DNA of 52,257 bases from positions 1 to 52,257 of the forward strand of contig JBMFWP010000002.1 in NCBI GenBank assembly GCA_049965155.1. Direction: 5' to 3'. The DNA comes from Candidatus Micrarchaeia archaeon (GTDB lineage: Archaea > Micrarchaeota > Micrarchaeia > Micrarchaeales > Micrarchaeaceae). Within the stretch, counting starts at the first letter, position 1, and every line of letters begins with the position of its first letter. The notes below the pieces were generated by a model. The model was not told the origin of the DNA, did no database searches, and saw nothing but the letters and a program-made list of their open reading frames with translations. A program made the position numbers and the translations under genes. Below are positions 7,062 to 17,339 of this stretch, piece by piece.

Positions 7062-8567
7062 CTAAGTAAGGTCAAGCCTTTTTATTACTTCGCCGCCTTC
7101 GGCATCCTCAATATCTATTCTATACTCGTCTTTCAACCTCTTCCTTATTTCATCAGCCAAGGCATAATTGCCGTTCTTCCTCGCCTCCTTCCGGAGTTTT
7201 ATAAGCTTCTCCACTACTGGGTCCAGCTTGCCCTTGGCCATATTTGCAAACTCGTCTAGCTTGAGGCCCATAACGCTGTCAAATGCTAAGAGGGCCTTGA
7301 GCACTGCCTTCGCACCCCTCTTCGAAAGGGCCTTCCTGTCTATGAGCTTGTTCACCGCGTTAACCATCACGAATACTGCTTTTAGCGCTTCTGGCATATT
7401 TAGGTCGGTATTTATGGATTTAATGAATAAATCTTTTGCCTCTTTTATTGCACGCCGGGCTTCATCGTCATTCGGTTTTGTGCTCTCTGCGCTGTTGAGC
7501 CTAGCTATGAAATCAGATAACCTCTTTACTGCACCCCTCGCACCTTCAAGTGATTTGTCAGTTATATTTGGCTGGCTCCTATAATGCACGGAAATGAGAA
7601 GGTACCTTATCTCCCTCCATGTATATCCTTTATTAAGCAGGTCATCCAAGGTGAAGAAATTGCCTGTTGATTTTGCCATCTTCTTGCCATCAACAAGTAC
7701 AAATTCGTTGTGCATCCAGTAGTTTACAAACTTCTTGCCTGTGGCACCTTCACTCTGTGCTATCTCATTTGTGTGGTGTATCGGTATATGGTCAACACCG
7801 CCAGTATGTATGTCGAAAGTATTGCCCAAGTATTTCATCGACATAGCAGAGCATTCTATGTGCCATCCTGGAAATCCTACGCCCCACGGGCTGTCCCACT
7901 CCATTTGCCTCTTCACACCCTTCGGGGAGAATTTCCAGAGCGCGAAATCTGTTACATGCTTTTTGCCTGGCACAGTCTCAACCCTTTCGCCGAATATCAG
8001 ATAGTGGTTGAGCTGCTCAAAACTCATGCCTGTAAGCGCACCATAGTTCTTGAACTTTGAGCTGTCGTAATATATGCCGTCCTCTATCTGGTAGGTATAT
8101 CCCTTCTTCTCAAGCTCGCCCACAAGGCTTATCATCTCTTTTATGTGCTCAGTTGCCCGAGGCGACACTGCAGGCCTTAAGCAGTTAAGTGTGTCGCAAT
8201 ACCTGAAAAACGCATCCTCATAAAATTTTGCAATTTCGTACGCGGTTTTGTGTTCCTTCTGCGCCTCCTTTTCCATCTTGTCTTCCCCTGCATCAGCCTG
8301 GCTTGTAAGGTGGCCTACGTCGGTTATATTCCTTACATTTATCACCTTGTACTTATTGTATTCCAAGGTCCTGCGCAGTATATCTACAAAAACGTACGCG
8401 AACATATTGCCCATGTGCGGATAGCTGTATACTGTTGGACCGCAAGAATACATGCGCACAACTCCCTTCTCTATAGGCACAAACCTTTCGAGCTTCCTGC
8501 CCATCGTGTTAAAAAGCAGTATCTTGCCCTTCGAGCCTTTCGTAACTGGTTTGATTTTTGCTGCCAT
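7062..8567 (-). CDS. cysS: Cysteine--tRNA ligase
   Basis: 501 aa. HIGH-type motif YSYPHMGNMF and KMSKS-type motif KKMAKSTGN. The overall class-I CysRS layout is present (..WDSPWGVGFPGWHIECSAM..). Confidence 0.95.
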   Translation of the reverse strand: MAAKIKPVTKGSKGKILLFNTMGRKLERFVPIEKGVVRMYSCGPTVYSYPHMGNMFAYVFVDILRRTLEYNKYKVINVRNITDVGHLTSQADAGEDKMEKEAQKEHKTAYEIAKFYEDAFFRYCDTLNCLRPAVSPRATEHIKEMISLVGELEKKGYTYQIEDGIYYDSSKFKNYGALTGMSFEQLNHYLIFGERVETVPGKKHVTDFALWKFSPKGVKRQMEWDSPWGVGFPGWHIECSAMSMKYLGNTFDIHTGGVDHIPIHHTNEIAQSEGATGKKFVNYWMHNEFVLVDGKKMAKSTGNFFTLDDLLNKGYTWREIRYLLISVHYRSQPNITDKSLEGARGAVKRLSDFIARLNSAESTKPNDDEARRAIKEAKDLFIKSINTDLNMPEALKAVFVMVNAVNKLIDRKALSKRGAKAVLKALLAFDSVMGLKLDEFANMAKGKLDPVVEKLIKLRKEARKNGNYALADEIRKRLKDEYRIDIEDAEGGEVIKRLDLT

Positions 8568-8579
8568 ATAAACACTGCA

Positions 8580-8891
8580 TCAATACTCGTGGAGCTTCTT
8601 CATGATCTCCTCAAATTCCTTCTTGCTTATCTCCCCTTTGGCGTATCTTTCCTTTGCTATCCATTCGGCCCTTTCTTCCCTATACCAAGCCCTTCTGTTA
8701 CCCCCTAGCCCAAACATCCATCTGAAAAACAAAACCAATAGCATTATCCAGAAAAGCACCCAGAATATTCCGATCGCCCCTACAAAGGGCGCGAAGCCCA
8801 TCATAAATACGGCACCATGGAAGAACGCACCCAAAGCAAATACTACTATAACTAGGGTGACGAGCACTAGGAATATTATTATTTCAGTCAT
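8580..8891 (-). CDS. Small membrane protein with a C-terminal SHOCT domain
   Basis: Two or three TM helices followed by ..AKERYAKGEISKKEFEEIMKKLHEY (SHOCT consensus RyAkGEIs.eEy). The ORF track extends to 8960, but that upstream part reads like AT-rich promoter sequence. The start at MTEIIIF (8891) is preferred. Confidence 0.6.
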   Translation of the reverse strand: MTEIIIFLVLVTLVIVVFALGAFFHGAVFMMGFAPFVGAIGIFWVLFWIMLLVLFFRWMFGLGGNRRAWYREERAEWIAKERYAKGEISKKEFEEIMKKLHEY

Positions 8892-8975
8892 ATCAGCGCT
8901 TTTTTGGTATACCATAAAATCATTGATATTTTGATGCAAGGCTATAAAATATATTTGCAATAGCCCGATACCACA

Positions 8976-10025
8976 TTAATGCTGCACCACAGAGTTGCAC
9001 CCTGCCGGCTGTGCAATATCGCCGCTGAACATCAGCTTTATGTAGCCCAGATACGGCACGCTCGCTATTACTTTTCCTGATACATGGCTTTGGTTTATCG
9101 GGTAATTTCCGTATTGCATGTCCAATCCTGGGTTATTGTCCCCCTTAGTCAGTGCGTAGTAGCTGCCCGAAACATTGAGCACGGCATATACCCTGTGCAC
9201 AACGTATTCATCGCCAAGCATGTAGAAGTAATCGCTTGGAAGGGTCCTGTAAACTATTATAGTGTTGTTTGAATCGCCATATACGCTGTGCCCCAGCACA
9301 TCTATTCCTATAGTATAAGCTTCATTCTCAACAGTCCCGTTGCTGAATTCAATTGGCCTGCTTCCGCAGAAATACCTCACAAGGTTGCTGTTCTGGTAGC
9401 TGCTCGGCACTTGGTAATACCTGCCTTCATTAAATCTGAAGAGCCCAACACTCCAGCCGCTGTGCACTATCTGGCTAACCTGGGTCCCGCTGCTGCTGTT
9501 GACGTAAGCCATGCACACGAGGTTTTCGGAATTGAAATTCCTTTCCATAGAATTGAACTCGTTTTGCGTCACGTTTATTACCGGCGCATTCACACTGCCG
9601 AGGCTGACTCCTTGCAGCATTATTAAATCGCCCCTCTGCAGCGTTGGAAGCATGCTGCAGCTCGGCACTACGTCTATGGGGTCGCTAGTGCCAAGAAAGA
9701 ATCTAAGGGCGAACCATATAAGCACCACTATCACTATAGCAATCGCTGCCTCTATGAGGTTCCTCTTCAGCCCCTCATCCTTTACGCTGTAAAGGAACTC
9801 AACAGCTATTATAGCTATTATCACGAAGGCTGCAAGCGTGCCAAATATTATCGATAACTGGCGGCCCTGCTCTGCCACATAAAGCGCAATCAGCACCAAG
9901 AAGAGCACATAGAGCGGCCATGTGGTTATGCCCTTCTTTCCATTGCTGCGCTTGTTGGCCTTGCTGCCCTGAATGCTCTTCTTGCCCTCAATAACGCGCT
10001 TGGATCTGCTGCTCTTGCCTGTCAT
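8976..10025 (-). CDS. Signal peptidase I, archaeal/ER (Sec11) type, enlarged
   Basis: 349 aa. Ser box VPSCSMLPTLQRGDLIML, His box EYVVHRVYAV and the TKGDNNPGLD box. It has a Lys-rich N-terminus, 3 TM helices, and a ~130-aa insertion with many N-x-S/T sequons between the boxes. Confidence 0.75.
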   Translation of the reverse strand: MTGKSSRSKRVIEGKKSIQGSKANKRSNGKKGITTWPLYVLFLVLIALYVAEQGRQLSIIFGTLAAFVIIAIIAVEFLYSVKDEGLKRNLIEAAIAIVIVVLIWFALRFFLGTSDPIDVVPSCSMLPTLQRGDLIMLQGVSLGSVNAPVINVTQNEFNSMERNFNSENLVCMAYVNSSSGTQVSQIVHSGWSVGLFRFNEGRYYQVPSSYQNSNLVRYFCGSRPIEFSNGTVENEAYTIGIDVLGHSVYGDSNNTIIVYRTLPSDYFYMLGDEYVVHRVYAVLNVSGSYYALTKGDNNPGLDMQYGNYPINQSHVSGKVIASVPYLGYIKLMFSGDIAQPAGCNSVVQH

Positions 10026-10029
10026 ACGA

Positions 10030-13000
10030 TCATTCTTTTATGCTCATGCCCTTCGCTTCGTCGGATTCGCTTGCCAATGCAATGCCTACCGCTTTCGACT
10101 CTCCTCCCTGCATGCTTATGCCTATCTTTGTATCTGCAGCTATTATCATGGAATCGTTGTGCGTTACGACTATGAACTGCGACCTGCTGCTCAATTCCTT
10201 TATGAGCAGCGAAAGCTTTTTCGAATTCTCCTTGTCCAGGGCGCTGTCTATCTCGTCGAATATGTAGAATGACATTGGGTTGCGCATCTGTATGGAGAAG
10301 ACAAGCATCAGCATGACCAGCGATTTCTGCCCTCCTGAATACCTTTCTGGCGCTATCATCTTCTTTCCTGTATCTATCCGTATCGATAGGCCAGAATTGA
10401 ACGGGTCGTCCTTCTTGTCCAGCACTAACATAGCGCTACCCGGGAATATGTGGCTATAGAGCTTGCTGAAGTTCTTGTTGACTGCATCAAGGGTCTCAAA
10501 GAAGACATTAAGCTTCCTGGATTCTATCTGGTCTATCATATCCATTATTGAGGCTTTCTCTGCATCAAGCGTCTTCATATGCCCCTGCGCTTCTTCGACA
10601 TCTTTCTTCCTGCTCTCGTATAGCTCCGGTGCTTTCATGTTTACGGTGCCCAGCTTTTCTATATCCAGCTTGCACCTTGCTAGCTCCTTCTCTATCTCTT
10701 CGATTGGCAGGTCTATCGGGTCGTATTTGCCGTATGTATTAAGCTCTGCCCTTATATCCCCAAGCCTGACCTCAGATTGTGCCTTTTTCATCTCTGCTTC
10801 GAGCAGGTCGCGGCTGACTCTCTCAAGCTCGCTCGATATCCTGCCCTTCTCATTGCTAAGCTTTGATATTTGCTCTTCATATTTTGAAACTTCCTGATAA
10901 GTGCTTCTTGTGCTCTCATCGTAGTCCTTCATCTTTTCGCGCAGCTTCTCGAGCTCGCCATTAAGCTTTGCAATTTCTGCGGATGCGTCCCTGCCTTCAG
11001 AAACAAGCTTCTTCGACTTATCCTTGTTTGCCTTAATCTCAGCATTTATCTCCGACAGCCTCTGCGATAGCATCTCTCCTTCCTTCCTCTTCGCAGCTAT
11101 GTCTATCTTTAGCTTTTCTATCTGGTCCCTTATCTCCTTTATGTGCGCAACCTCTTTCTTGCTGGCGTGAAGCCCTGTGCTGGAGAACACCGCATCAAGC
11201 TTCCTATAGAGCGCTGCACTGGCTTCCCTCTCCTTGCTCTCAAGCTCTTCATACTTCTTCAGGTTCTCATCAAGAAGCGCCAAACTCTTCTCCAGCCCGC
11301 TGGCCTCCATTGAGGCCTTTTCGCGCATGCGCACTGCCTCTTCCCTCTTTGCCTTAGAACCGGAATAAGATTCCTCGAGGTACTTGAGCTCCGTCTCCGC
11401 CTTCACAGCTGAAGACTCGCGCAGCGAAAGCTCCTTTTTCAACTCCTCTATCTTTGATTCAATATCCTTAAGCTTTGTATTTACCTCGTCCGTCCTCGCA
11501 GATATTAATCTGAGCTTAGATTCGAGCACCGCTGGCGAAACCTGCACGCGCATGCTTCCCCCTGTTATTATGCCTGAAGTATCCAGCAAGCTCCCATCCA
11601 ATGTCACATAGCGTGCATCTCCTACTCCATACTGCTTTGCATCGCGTATCTCTTCCACTATATACACATTGGAGAAGACATACTCCACCACTTTCTCAAA
11701 CTTCTTGTCATACTTTATGTGTGATATCAGGCTGTCGAGCCCCTTCCTTGCCAGCAGCTTCCTCGCCTTTAGATCCTCGATTGGTATAAATGAAGCCCTT
11801 CCAAGCTTAGAGCGCTTCAGCTCCTCTATTGCCTTCTCAGCTGTTTCTATCCTGTCAACAACAAAGTAATTCAGCCTGCTATATGCTGCAGCATTGACCG
11901 CAAGCGCATATTTGTCTTCATAGCTACATATGCCCGCAACCCTTCCGAAGAAACCTGCATCAATTCTGTCATGCAAGGCCTTCTCTATCCTGTCATATGC
12001 ATTGCCCGAAAGCGCTAGCTGTTCCTTGACTCCAAGCTTTTCGGCATCTTCCTTCGACCTCTCCTCAATTAATGCCTCGGCATCCCTCTGCAGAGCCTGT
12101 ACCTCCTTTATTATCTTTGCCTTCTCGGAATTGCTGGATTCGAGATCCTTCCTCTTTGCGTCTATGAGCTCTGCATACTCTTTAAGCTTCACATCAGCCT
12201 CTTCCTCTTCATGCTTTATTTGGTTGACTGACTTGCTTGCCCTGTCTATGTCGGCATTGAGCAATGCCCTCTTATTGCTCAGTTCGGATATCATCCTGGC
12301 ATATGTGTTAAGCTTTTCCACCGAAGCTTTGTACTCTGAAGATACAATCTCGGAATCGTCGACCTGCTCGCCCTGCGCCGCAGGCACTTGCCTCTCAAGT
12401 TCAGATACCTTAGCTTCGTTCTCTCTAATGCTGGATTCGTCTTCCTTAAGCTTTTCCTCAATGCCGGATGCATCGGCAGCGAGCTGCCTGCCCCTCTCAT
12501 CGAGCTCCTTAACGCTTTTTTCTATCGTGCCTAGCTCAGAGCTCCTTACTGCAATATCCCTGTTCAACTGCTCGAGCAGCCTGTTGGTAGAGCTTGCCCC
12601 TATGGAACTCTCATTTATCTTTTTAGATAGCGCATCCCTCTTCTGTGAGAAATCCGATATGCCTATATCTATCTCCATCATCCTCGCTGCCAGCGATTCC
12701 TTGCTCTTTTTGCCAGCTTCATAATCCTTCACGGCACTGCTGTATGCAGATAGCACCTCATTCTCCCTGCGCGTCAGCAGCGAATAGTTCAGGCGCTTAG
12801 CCATGTTGCTCAGCTTGGCGTACTGCTCTGCCTGCTCCTTTTCCTTTTCGAGCTCAGCCATGAACCCTAGGCGCTCGTTAAGGACCATCTGCGCGGCTCC
12901 GATCTTGGTCTCTACCTTGTCCAGCTCCTTAAGCGCAGCATCCTTCTTGACATCAAACTCCTTTATGCCCGCTGCTATATCTATCAGCTCCCTCCTCTCC

Positions 13001-13443
13001 CTTGCGTTCAGTTCCAGGAGCTTGCCTATCTCGCCCTGCGTTATGGTATTGGTCTCGTTTATATTGCTTCCCTTCTCATTGAGGAACGATACGAGCTCCT
13101 GCCTCGTAACTCTCTTGCCGTTCAACCTGTAGACTATCTTGTTGTTCCTTACGGTGCGCAGCACCTCTGCGGGCATGTCCCCTCCTAGCACCGCTTTGAC
13201 ATATGTCGGGTGCATATCCTTGTCCTTATCATTGCCCCTGGTGTCATTTATGAGCTGGGTGACGTTTGTCGCCCTGAGCCTGCGCAGTGATTGCTCGCCA
13301 AGGGCGAACAGCAGGGCATCGCATATGTTCGACTTTCCTGAACCGTTAGGCCCTGCGATGCAATTAAAGCCCTGGCTGAACTGTATGTTTGCGTGCTTGA
13401 AGGATTTGAAATTGTGGATTACAAGCCTTTCAACGTGAAGCAT
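10030..13443 (-). CDS. smc: SMC chromosome segregation ATPase
   Basis: 1137 aa. Walker A GPNGSGKSN at the N-terminus, long coiled coils, a central hinge (..GFFGRVAGICSYEDKYALAV..), a C-terminal signature motif SGGQKSL and Walker B FYIFDEIDSALD. Confidence 0.95.
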   Translation of the reverse strand: MLHVERLVIHNFKSFKHANIQFSQGFNCIAGPNGSGKSNICDALLFALGEQSLRRLRATNVTQLINDTRGNDKDKDMHPTYVKAVLGGDMPAEVLRTVRNNKIVYRLNGKRVTRQELVSFLNEKGSNINETNTITQGEIGKLLELNARERRELIDIAAGIKEFDVKKDAALKELDKVETKIGAAQMVLNERLGFMAELEKEKEQAEQYAKLSNMAKRLNYSLLTRRENEVLSAYSSAVKDYEAGKKSKESLAARMMEIDIGISDFSQKRDALSKKINESSIGASSTNRLLEQLNRDIAVRSSELGTIEKSVKELDERGRQLAADASGIEEKLKEDESSIRENEAKVSELERQVPAAQGEQVDDSEIVSSEYKASVEKLNTYARMISELSNKRALLNADIDRASKSVNQIKHEEEEADVKLKEYAELIDAKRKDLESSNSEKAKIIKEVQALQRDAEALIEERSKEDAEKLGVKEQLALSGNAYDRIEKALHDRIDAGFFGRVAGICSYEDKYALAVNAAAYSRLNYFVVDRIETAEKAIEELKRSKLGRASFIPIEDLKARKLLARKGLDSLISHIKYDKKFEKVVEYVFSNVYIVEEIRDAKQYGVGDARYVTLDGSLLDTSGIITGGSMRVQVSPAVLESKLRLISARTDEVNTKLKDIESKIEELKKELSLRESSAVKAETELKYLEESYSGSKAKREEAVRMREKASMEASGLEKSLALLDENLKKYEELESKEREASAALYRKLDAVFSSTGLHASKKEVAHIKEIRDQIEKLKIDIAAKRKEGEMLSQRLSEINAEIKANKDKSKKLVSEGRDASAEIAKLNGELEKLREKMKDYDESTRSTYQEVSKYEEQISKLSNEKGRISSELERVSRDLLEAEMKKAQSEVRLGDIRAELNTYGKYDPIDLPIEEIEKELARCKLDIEKLGTVNMKAPELYESRKKDVEEAQGHMKTLDAEKASIMDMIDQIESRKLNVFFETLDAVNKNFSKLYSHIFPGSAMLVLDKKDDPFNSGLSIRIDTGKKMIAPERYSGGQKSLVMLMLVFSIQMRNPMSFYIFDEIDSALDKENSKKLSLLIKELSSRSQFIVVTHNDSMIIAADTKIGISMQGGESKAVGIALASESDEAKGMSIKE

Positions 13444-13636
13444 CTATACACCAGGTCGCCTAATCGCCTAAAATGATTAGGTATGGAAATATTATTAACA
13501 CTTGCAAGCGGGAAGTCCCCTGCGTAAGCTGGGGGATGAAAGCGAGCAATGGCATTTACGGTATTGGCTAAAGCCCAAAACATGCGCATACAGCAATCGG
13601 AGCAAAGCCTGCATGAGCAGGGTAGTCAAATAGCAG

Positions 13637-14767
13637 TCAAGCCTTCTCATGCATGCCCCTCTTGGCATTCTGGCTGTTCTTCGCCATCCTAAGCGCTATG
13701 ACATACTCGAGGTGCTGCCCAAGCACTATCCCTGCAAACTTACCCCTCTTCCTTACCGCAAGCAGGCCAATGCTCTCGGTAGCCATCATCTCGAGGGCTT
13801 TAGACAGCTTTGCATTCCAGTCTATTGAGGGCAGCGGAACGCTGGCTTCGTACGCAGTTGTGCTGGGCAGCTTGCTGAATGTGCCCTGCGGCTGAAGCTT
13901 TGTGACCAGCCTTATGTTGCTGCCGTCCTTTATGATTATTATGTGCGTGCGCTCGCGCATCATTATCCTATACAGCTGCTCCATCGACGCATTTTTTTCG
14001 ACCACCGCATAGTTGCTGCTCATCACATCTTTTACATGCAAGTCAGATGTATACTCCTTCATGTACGCATTCTGCATCTCAGCCTTTGCGCCCCCATACA
14101 GATACATTGCTATCAGTACGTCCCAGAACACTATGAACTCCTTCTCGAACAGGGAGTAGTTCACAAGCGTGGCAGCATATACTATCGTGCCCACTATGAG
14201 CAGCACCACAACTATATTGCTCGCCTTAACTGTTATCTGCGTGGCCCTTAGGTAGCTGCGCTTCCTCTGCAGGTAGCTCCTGAAGACCCTGCCCCCGTCA
14301 AGGGGGAATCCCGGTATGAAATTGAAGGCGCCAAGCAGTATGTTGATGAGGAACAGGAACTGGACCAGCTGCTTCACTATCCCTGCGGGTATGTATACGA
14401 CCATGACGCCGAATACGAACCCCAGGAATACGCTCATCAAAGGGCCCACGACAGATATCCTGTACTCCAGCTCCGGAGCAATGTCATCTGTATCCATGAC
14501 GGAAGCGCCGCCTATAGGCAACAGAACTATCTTCTTTATATTTATGCCGTTTCTCTTCGCAGTTATCGAATGCGCGAGCTCGTGTATGAATACGCATACG
14601 AACAGAAGCACTATCACTATGAACAGGTATATCAGCGCTGGTGTCACAGCTAGTAGGAACAGCCCAAAAAGCAGCAGCATTACAAATGTCCAATGAAGCT
14701 GTACTTTAATCCCGAACACCTTACCTATATACGGCGAATCCATAGCCCTCGTGTAGTATTGCTGCAT
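13637..14767 (-). CDS. Site-2 (M50) family metalloprotease with a C-terminal CBS pair
   Basis: 376 aa. HELAHSITA (HExxH) in a TM helix, NFIPGFPLDGGR (the LDG motif), and a CBS-like region after the TM core (..VKDVMSSNYAVVEKNASMEQL.. / ..IGLLAVRKRGKFAGIV..). Confidence 0.85.
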   Translation of the reverse strand: MQQYYTRAMDSPYIGKVFGIKVQLHWTFVMLLLFGLFLLAVTPALIYLFIVIVLLFVCVFIHELAHSITAKRNGINIKKIVLLPIGGASVMDTDDIAPELEYRISVVGPLMSVFLGFVFGVMVVYIPAGIVKQLVQFLFLINILLGAFNFIPGFPLDGGRVFRSYLQRKRSYLRATQITVKASNIVVVLLIVGTIVYAATLVNYSLFEKEFIVFWDVLIAMYLYGGAKAEMQNAYMKEYTSDLHVKDVMSSNYAVVEKNASMEQLYRIMMRERTHIIIIKDGSNIRLVTKLQPQGTFSKLPSTTAYEASVPLPSIDWNAKLSKALEMMATESIGLLAVRKRGKFAGIVLGQHLEYVIALRMAKNSQNAKRGMHEKA

Positions 14768-14825
14768 AAAAGGTTAAAAAGTATAGTGGCATCTGCGCAG
14801 CAATGTAAAAGATTATTAATGCAGA

Positions 14826-15593
14826 ATGTATAGCATCAATGTGAAAGACATAAAGTTCGTATACGAGAAGCCAGCAGCAATCATACATGCAAACGGCAAG
14901 GATAGGCTTGTAATCGGCGATTTGCATATCGGCGTCGAGAAGAGGCTCATAGACAAGGGAGTAAAGCTATACAATGCGACTGAGATAATGGCTAAGGAGG
15001 TAGCCTCGATAGCGTCTGAATTCGATATCAATGAGATAATAATGCTCGGGGACATAAAGGACAGCATAATGCACCCTGAGCGCAGCGAGCTCATGGGCAT
15101 AAAGGGCTTCTTCAACGCCCTCGAAGGATATAATGTAAAAATAGTCAGGGGCAACCACGATGCATACATAAGCGAGATAACTGGAATCGAGCCAGTCGAC
15201 GAACTGCTCGTAGGAAGGTTCGCACTGCTGCATGGGAACAGGTGGCCTACAGAATCAGCAATGCGGAAAAGCTACCTGATGACCGCGCACAACCACATAT
15301 CGGTGTCGTTCAGGGACAAGAGAGGCGGCTACTACCAATACAAGGCGTGGATGATAGCGAAGCTGAATCCGGAGGAAGCGGCAAAGCGCTACGAGTGCTT
15401 TAACAGGAACGCTAAGCTTGTCATGATGCCTGCGTTCAACGAGCTCATAATGGGCATGCCAATAAGCAGGCATGATAACGACAACATTAACCCGCTGGTG
15501 CGCAACAAAATCTTTGACTATGCAAACGGCACAGTGTACAACCTCGCGGGTGAGAACCTGGGCACGCTGAGCAAAATAAGCGAATCGGTCTAA
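14826..15593 (+). CDS. Metallophosphoesterase (calcineurin-like, MJ0037/TIGR00024-type)
   Basis: 255 aa. Motifs VIGDLHIG, MLGDIKD, GNHD and LHGN appear in canonical order. Confidence 0.8.
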   Translation: MYSINVKDIKFVYEKPAAIIHANGKDRLVIGDLHIGVEKRLIDKGVKLYNATEIMAKEVASIASEFDINEIIMLGDIKDSIMHPERSELMGIKGFFNALEGYNVKIVRGNHDAYISEITGIEPVDELLVGRFALLHGNRWPTESAMRKSYLMTAHNHISVSFRDKRGGYYQYKAWMIAKLNPEEAAKRYECFNRNAKLVMMPAFNELIMGMPISRHDNDNINPLVRNKIFDYANGTVYNLAGENLGTLSKISESV

Positions 15594-15790
15594 TTCGTGC
15601 CCTCAGATCTCAATATGGTTATCGGTATAACGCCCTTGTCGAATTCAAGCTCGGCGAGCATTACTGGATCCACTACACCTTCTGGCACCTTCATGAGCGG
15701 CGGCGCGCCGTATGCCAGCTCGAGGGCTCTTGCGCCTACAATCCTAGCTTTTTCGTACTTTGTATAGCTTTCTTCCATGGGGATCATCAT
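15590..15790 (-). CDS. rpoK: DNA-directed RNA polymerase subunit K (Rpo6/Rpb6)
   Basis: 66 aa. ..YTKYEKARIVGARALELAYGAPPLMKV.. is the RpoK consensus. Its start overlaps the stop of the upstream reductase gene by 4 nt. Confidence 0.85.
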   Translation of the reverse strand: MMIPMEESYTKYEKARIVGARALELAYGAPPLMKVPEGVVDPVMLAELEFDKGVIPITILRSEGTN

Positions 15791-17241
15791 ATAGGGTTTG
15801 GCTTAAACTTTTCTTTGACCTCGTGCATTTCTTTCTTGACGCTTTCCTTCCACACGTCGAATTCTTTAGGTGAAGCAGGATACTTGGCGTAAAGCGAACC
15901 GAACTCCTTCATCTTGTTTATTACGAACAGAAGGTTCGAGAATGCAGATATATTCCTAGCGCCTTTGAGGGCGAATTTGAACTTCGAAACCATGCTCAAT
16001 TCTGGCGTCTTTCCATAGCTGAGCGACTCTGCCTCCTTGGAAGTGAGGAAATTCTTCATTCCGTAGTTTATTATGTCATCGTTAAGAGACTGCAGGTATA
16101 TCCTGAATACCTCAAGCCCAGCCGTCTTGTTTCCATACTCCTTGTTGAATTCCAAATTGTACTTCCACAGGCCATTGACGCTGACATCACCTGCTTCTAT
16201 CGCCTCTGCAGCGTTCTTGCCCGCAAGTATGCCAGCTACTAATGCTGGACCTATGCCTCCGGCGCTTATCGGGTTGGGCATAGCCATGCTGTCCCCTGCC
16301 CCCATATAGCCGTTGAATACTAAGCTTTCCATTTGCCTCCTCACTGCTACTGACCAGTAGCCCTTTCCATTGTTGAAATCGTTATCGAGCACCGGGTTAC
16401 TTATCACAGGATTTGACCTTACATATTCGTCCATGAGCGTGTGCAATGTATCTTTCTTCCCGAGCTTTTCATTCCTTATGTCGAGGCTGCGCTTCTGCAC
16501 ACCAATGCCAATATTGACACGCTTGCCGTTCTTCGGGAATACCCATCCATAGCCTCCGGGCGCCATCCTCTGGTTCAGGTGTATGAGCGCATTGTCCGGA
16601 TCATAGTATCTCTTGTCTTCATGGTCTACTTCGAACGAGTATATGTACCTGCCGGTAGATTCCACATCGTCAATATCTATCATTCTATCGACAAAATTAT
16701 TCTCAGGTAGCCTCCTCCTCAGGGTTGTGGCTATGCCAAGCGCGTCTATCACTATCTTGGCCCTGAACTCCTTGTGCTCCTTTTTGCCGTCCTTGCCGAA
16801 TACCCCTACAACGAAATTGCCTTCTATTATTGGCCCTTCGACCTCGAACTCCTGCATATATTCAGCTCCGCTTTTTATCGCTATGTCAAGGAGCTTCTGC
16901 TCGAACCGCGGCCTATTGAGCACATACCCTTTTCCCTCAAAAAGGAATCGTGACTCAAGGTCTGGAGACAGTGCGTATACGCCATCAACCTTCTTGTCCA
17001 GCTCCGGATAATCGAAGCTTATGTCTATGTACGATTTTATGAACTGCAGATGGCCGTCAGCTACCGCATCTCCGCACACCCAGCCCCAATTGGTCTTCTT
17101 ACCGGCTTCCTCCTTCTTGTTCCTGTCTAAAAGCAATACGCGGAGGCCTTTGCGGGCAGCCATGGTCGCAGCTAATAATCCCGACATCCCTGAGCCTGCC
17201 ACTATTATATCATATGGTTTGTTATCTGCCATAATATGCAC
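15787..17241 (-). CDS. Geranylgeranyl reductase family flavoprotein (probable digeranylgeranylglycerophospholipid reductase)
   Basis: 484 aa. N-terminal FAD fold YDIIVAGSGMSGLLAATMAARKGLRVLLLDR. The GGR-like body has a long C-terminal extension, as in the crenarchaeal ~450-aa GGRs. The track start is GTG 17241. ATG 17232 (MADNKPYD) is likely. Confidence 0.8.
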   Translation of the reverse strand: MHIMADNKPYDIIVAGSGMSGLLAATMAARKGLRVLLLDRNKKEEAGKKTNWGWVCGDAVADGHLQFIKSYIDISFDYPELDKKVDGVYALSPDLESRFLFEGKGYVLNRPRFEQKLLDIAIKSGAEYMQEFEVEGPIIEGNFVVGVFGKDGKKEHKEFRAKIVIDALGIATTLRRRLPENNFVDRMIDIDDVESTGRYIYSFEVDHEDKRYYDPDNALIHLNQRMAPGGYGWVFPKNGKRVNIGIGVQKRSLDIRNEKLGKKDTLHTLMDEYVRSNPVISNPVLDNDFNNGKGYWSVAVRRQMESLVFNGYMGAGDSMAMPNPISAGGIGPALVAGILAGKNAAEAIEAGDVSVNGLWKYNLEFNKEYGNKTAGLEVFRIYLQSLNDDIINYGMKNFLTSKEAESLSYGKTPELSMVSKFKFALKGARNISAFSNLLFVINKMKEFGSLYAKYPASPKEFDVWKESVKKEMHEVKEKFKPNPI

Positions 17242-17339
17242 TCACTCTGCCTAATTGAAAAGCGAATAAAGCAACAAAGCAATATAAGTAAGAAACATTA
17301 AATATTTATTCCTGTGGCTGCGCAACGCAATAGATGATG

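Noticed and set aside
13444-13636. 193-nt gap between the M50 protease and smc. It contains a 7-bp hairpin CCTAATC-n9-GATTAGG (about 13458-13481), a GGGG/CCCC-rich segment, and a 47-codon plus-strand ORF from ATG 13549.
   Set aside because: The hairpin sits in the expected smc leader/promoter region. The ORF runs antisense into the end of the M50 gene and has no motif or convincing signals. I could not match the GC-rich part to any known ncRNA class by eye.
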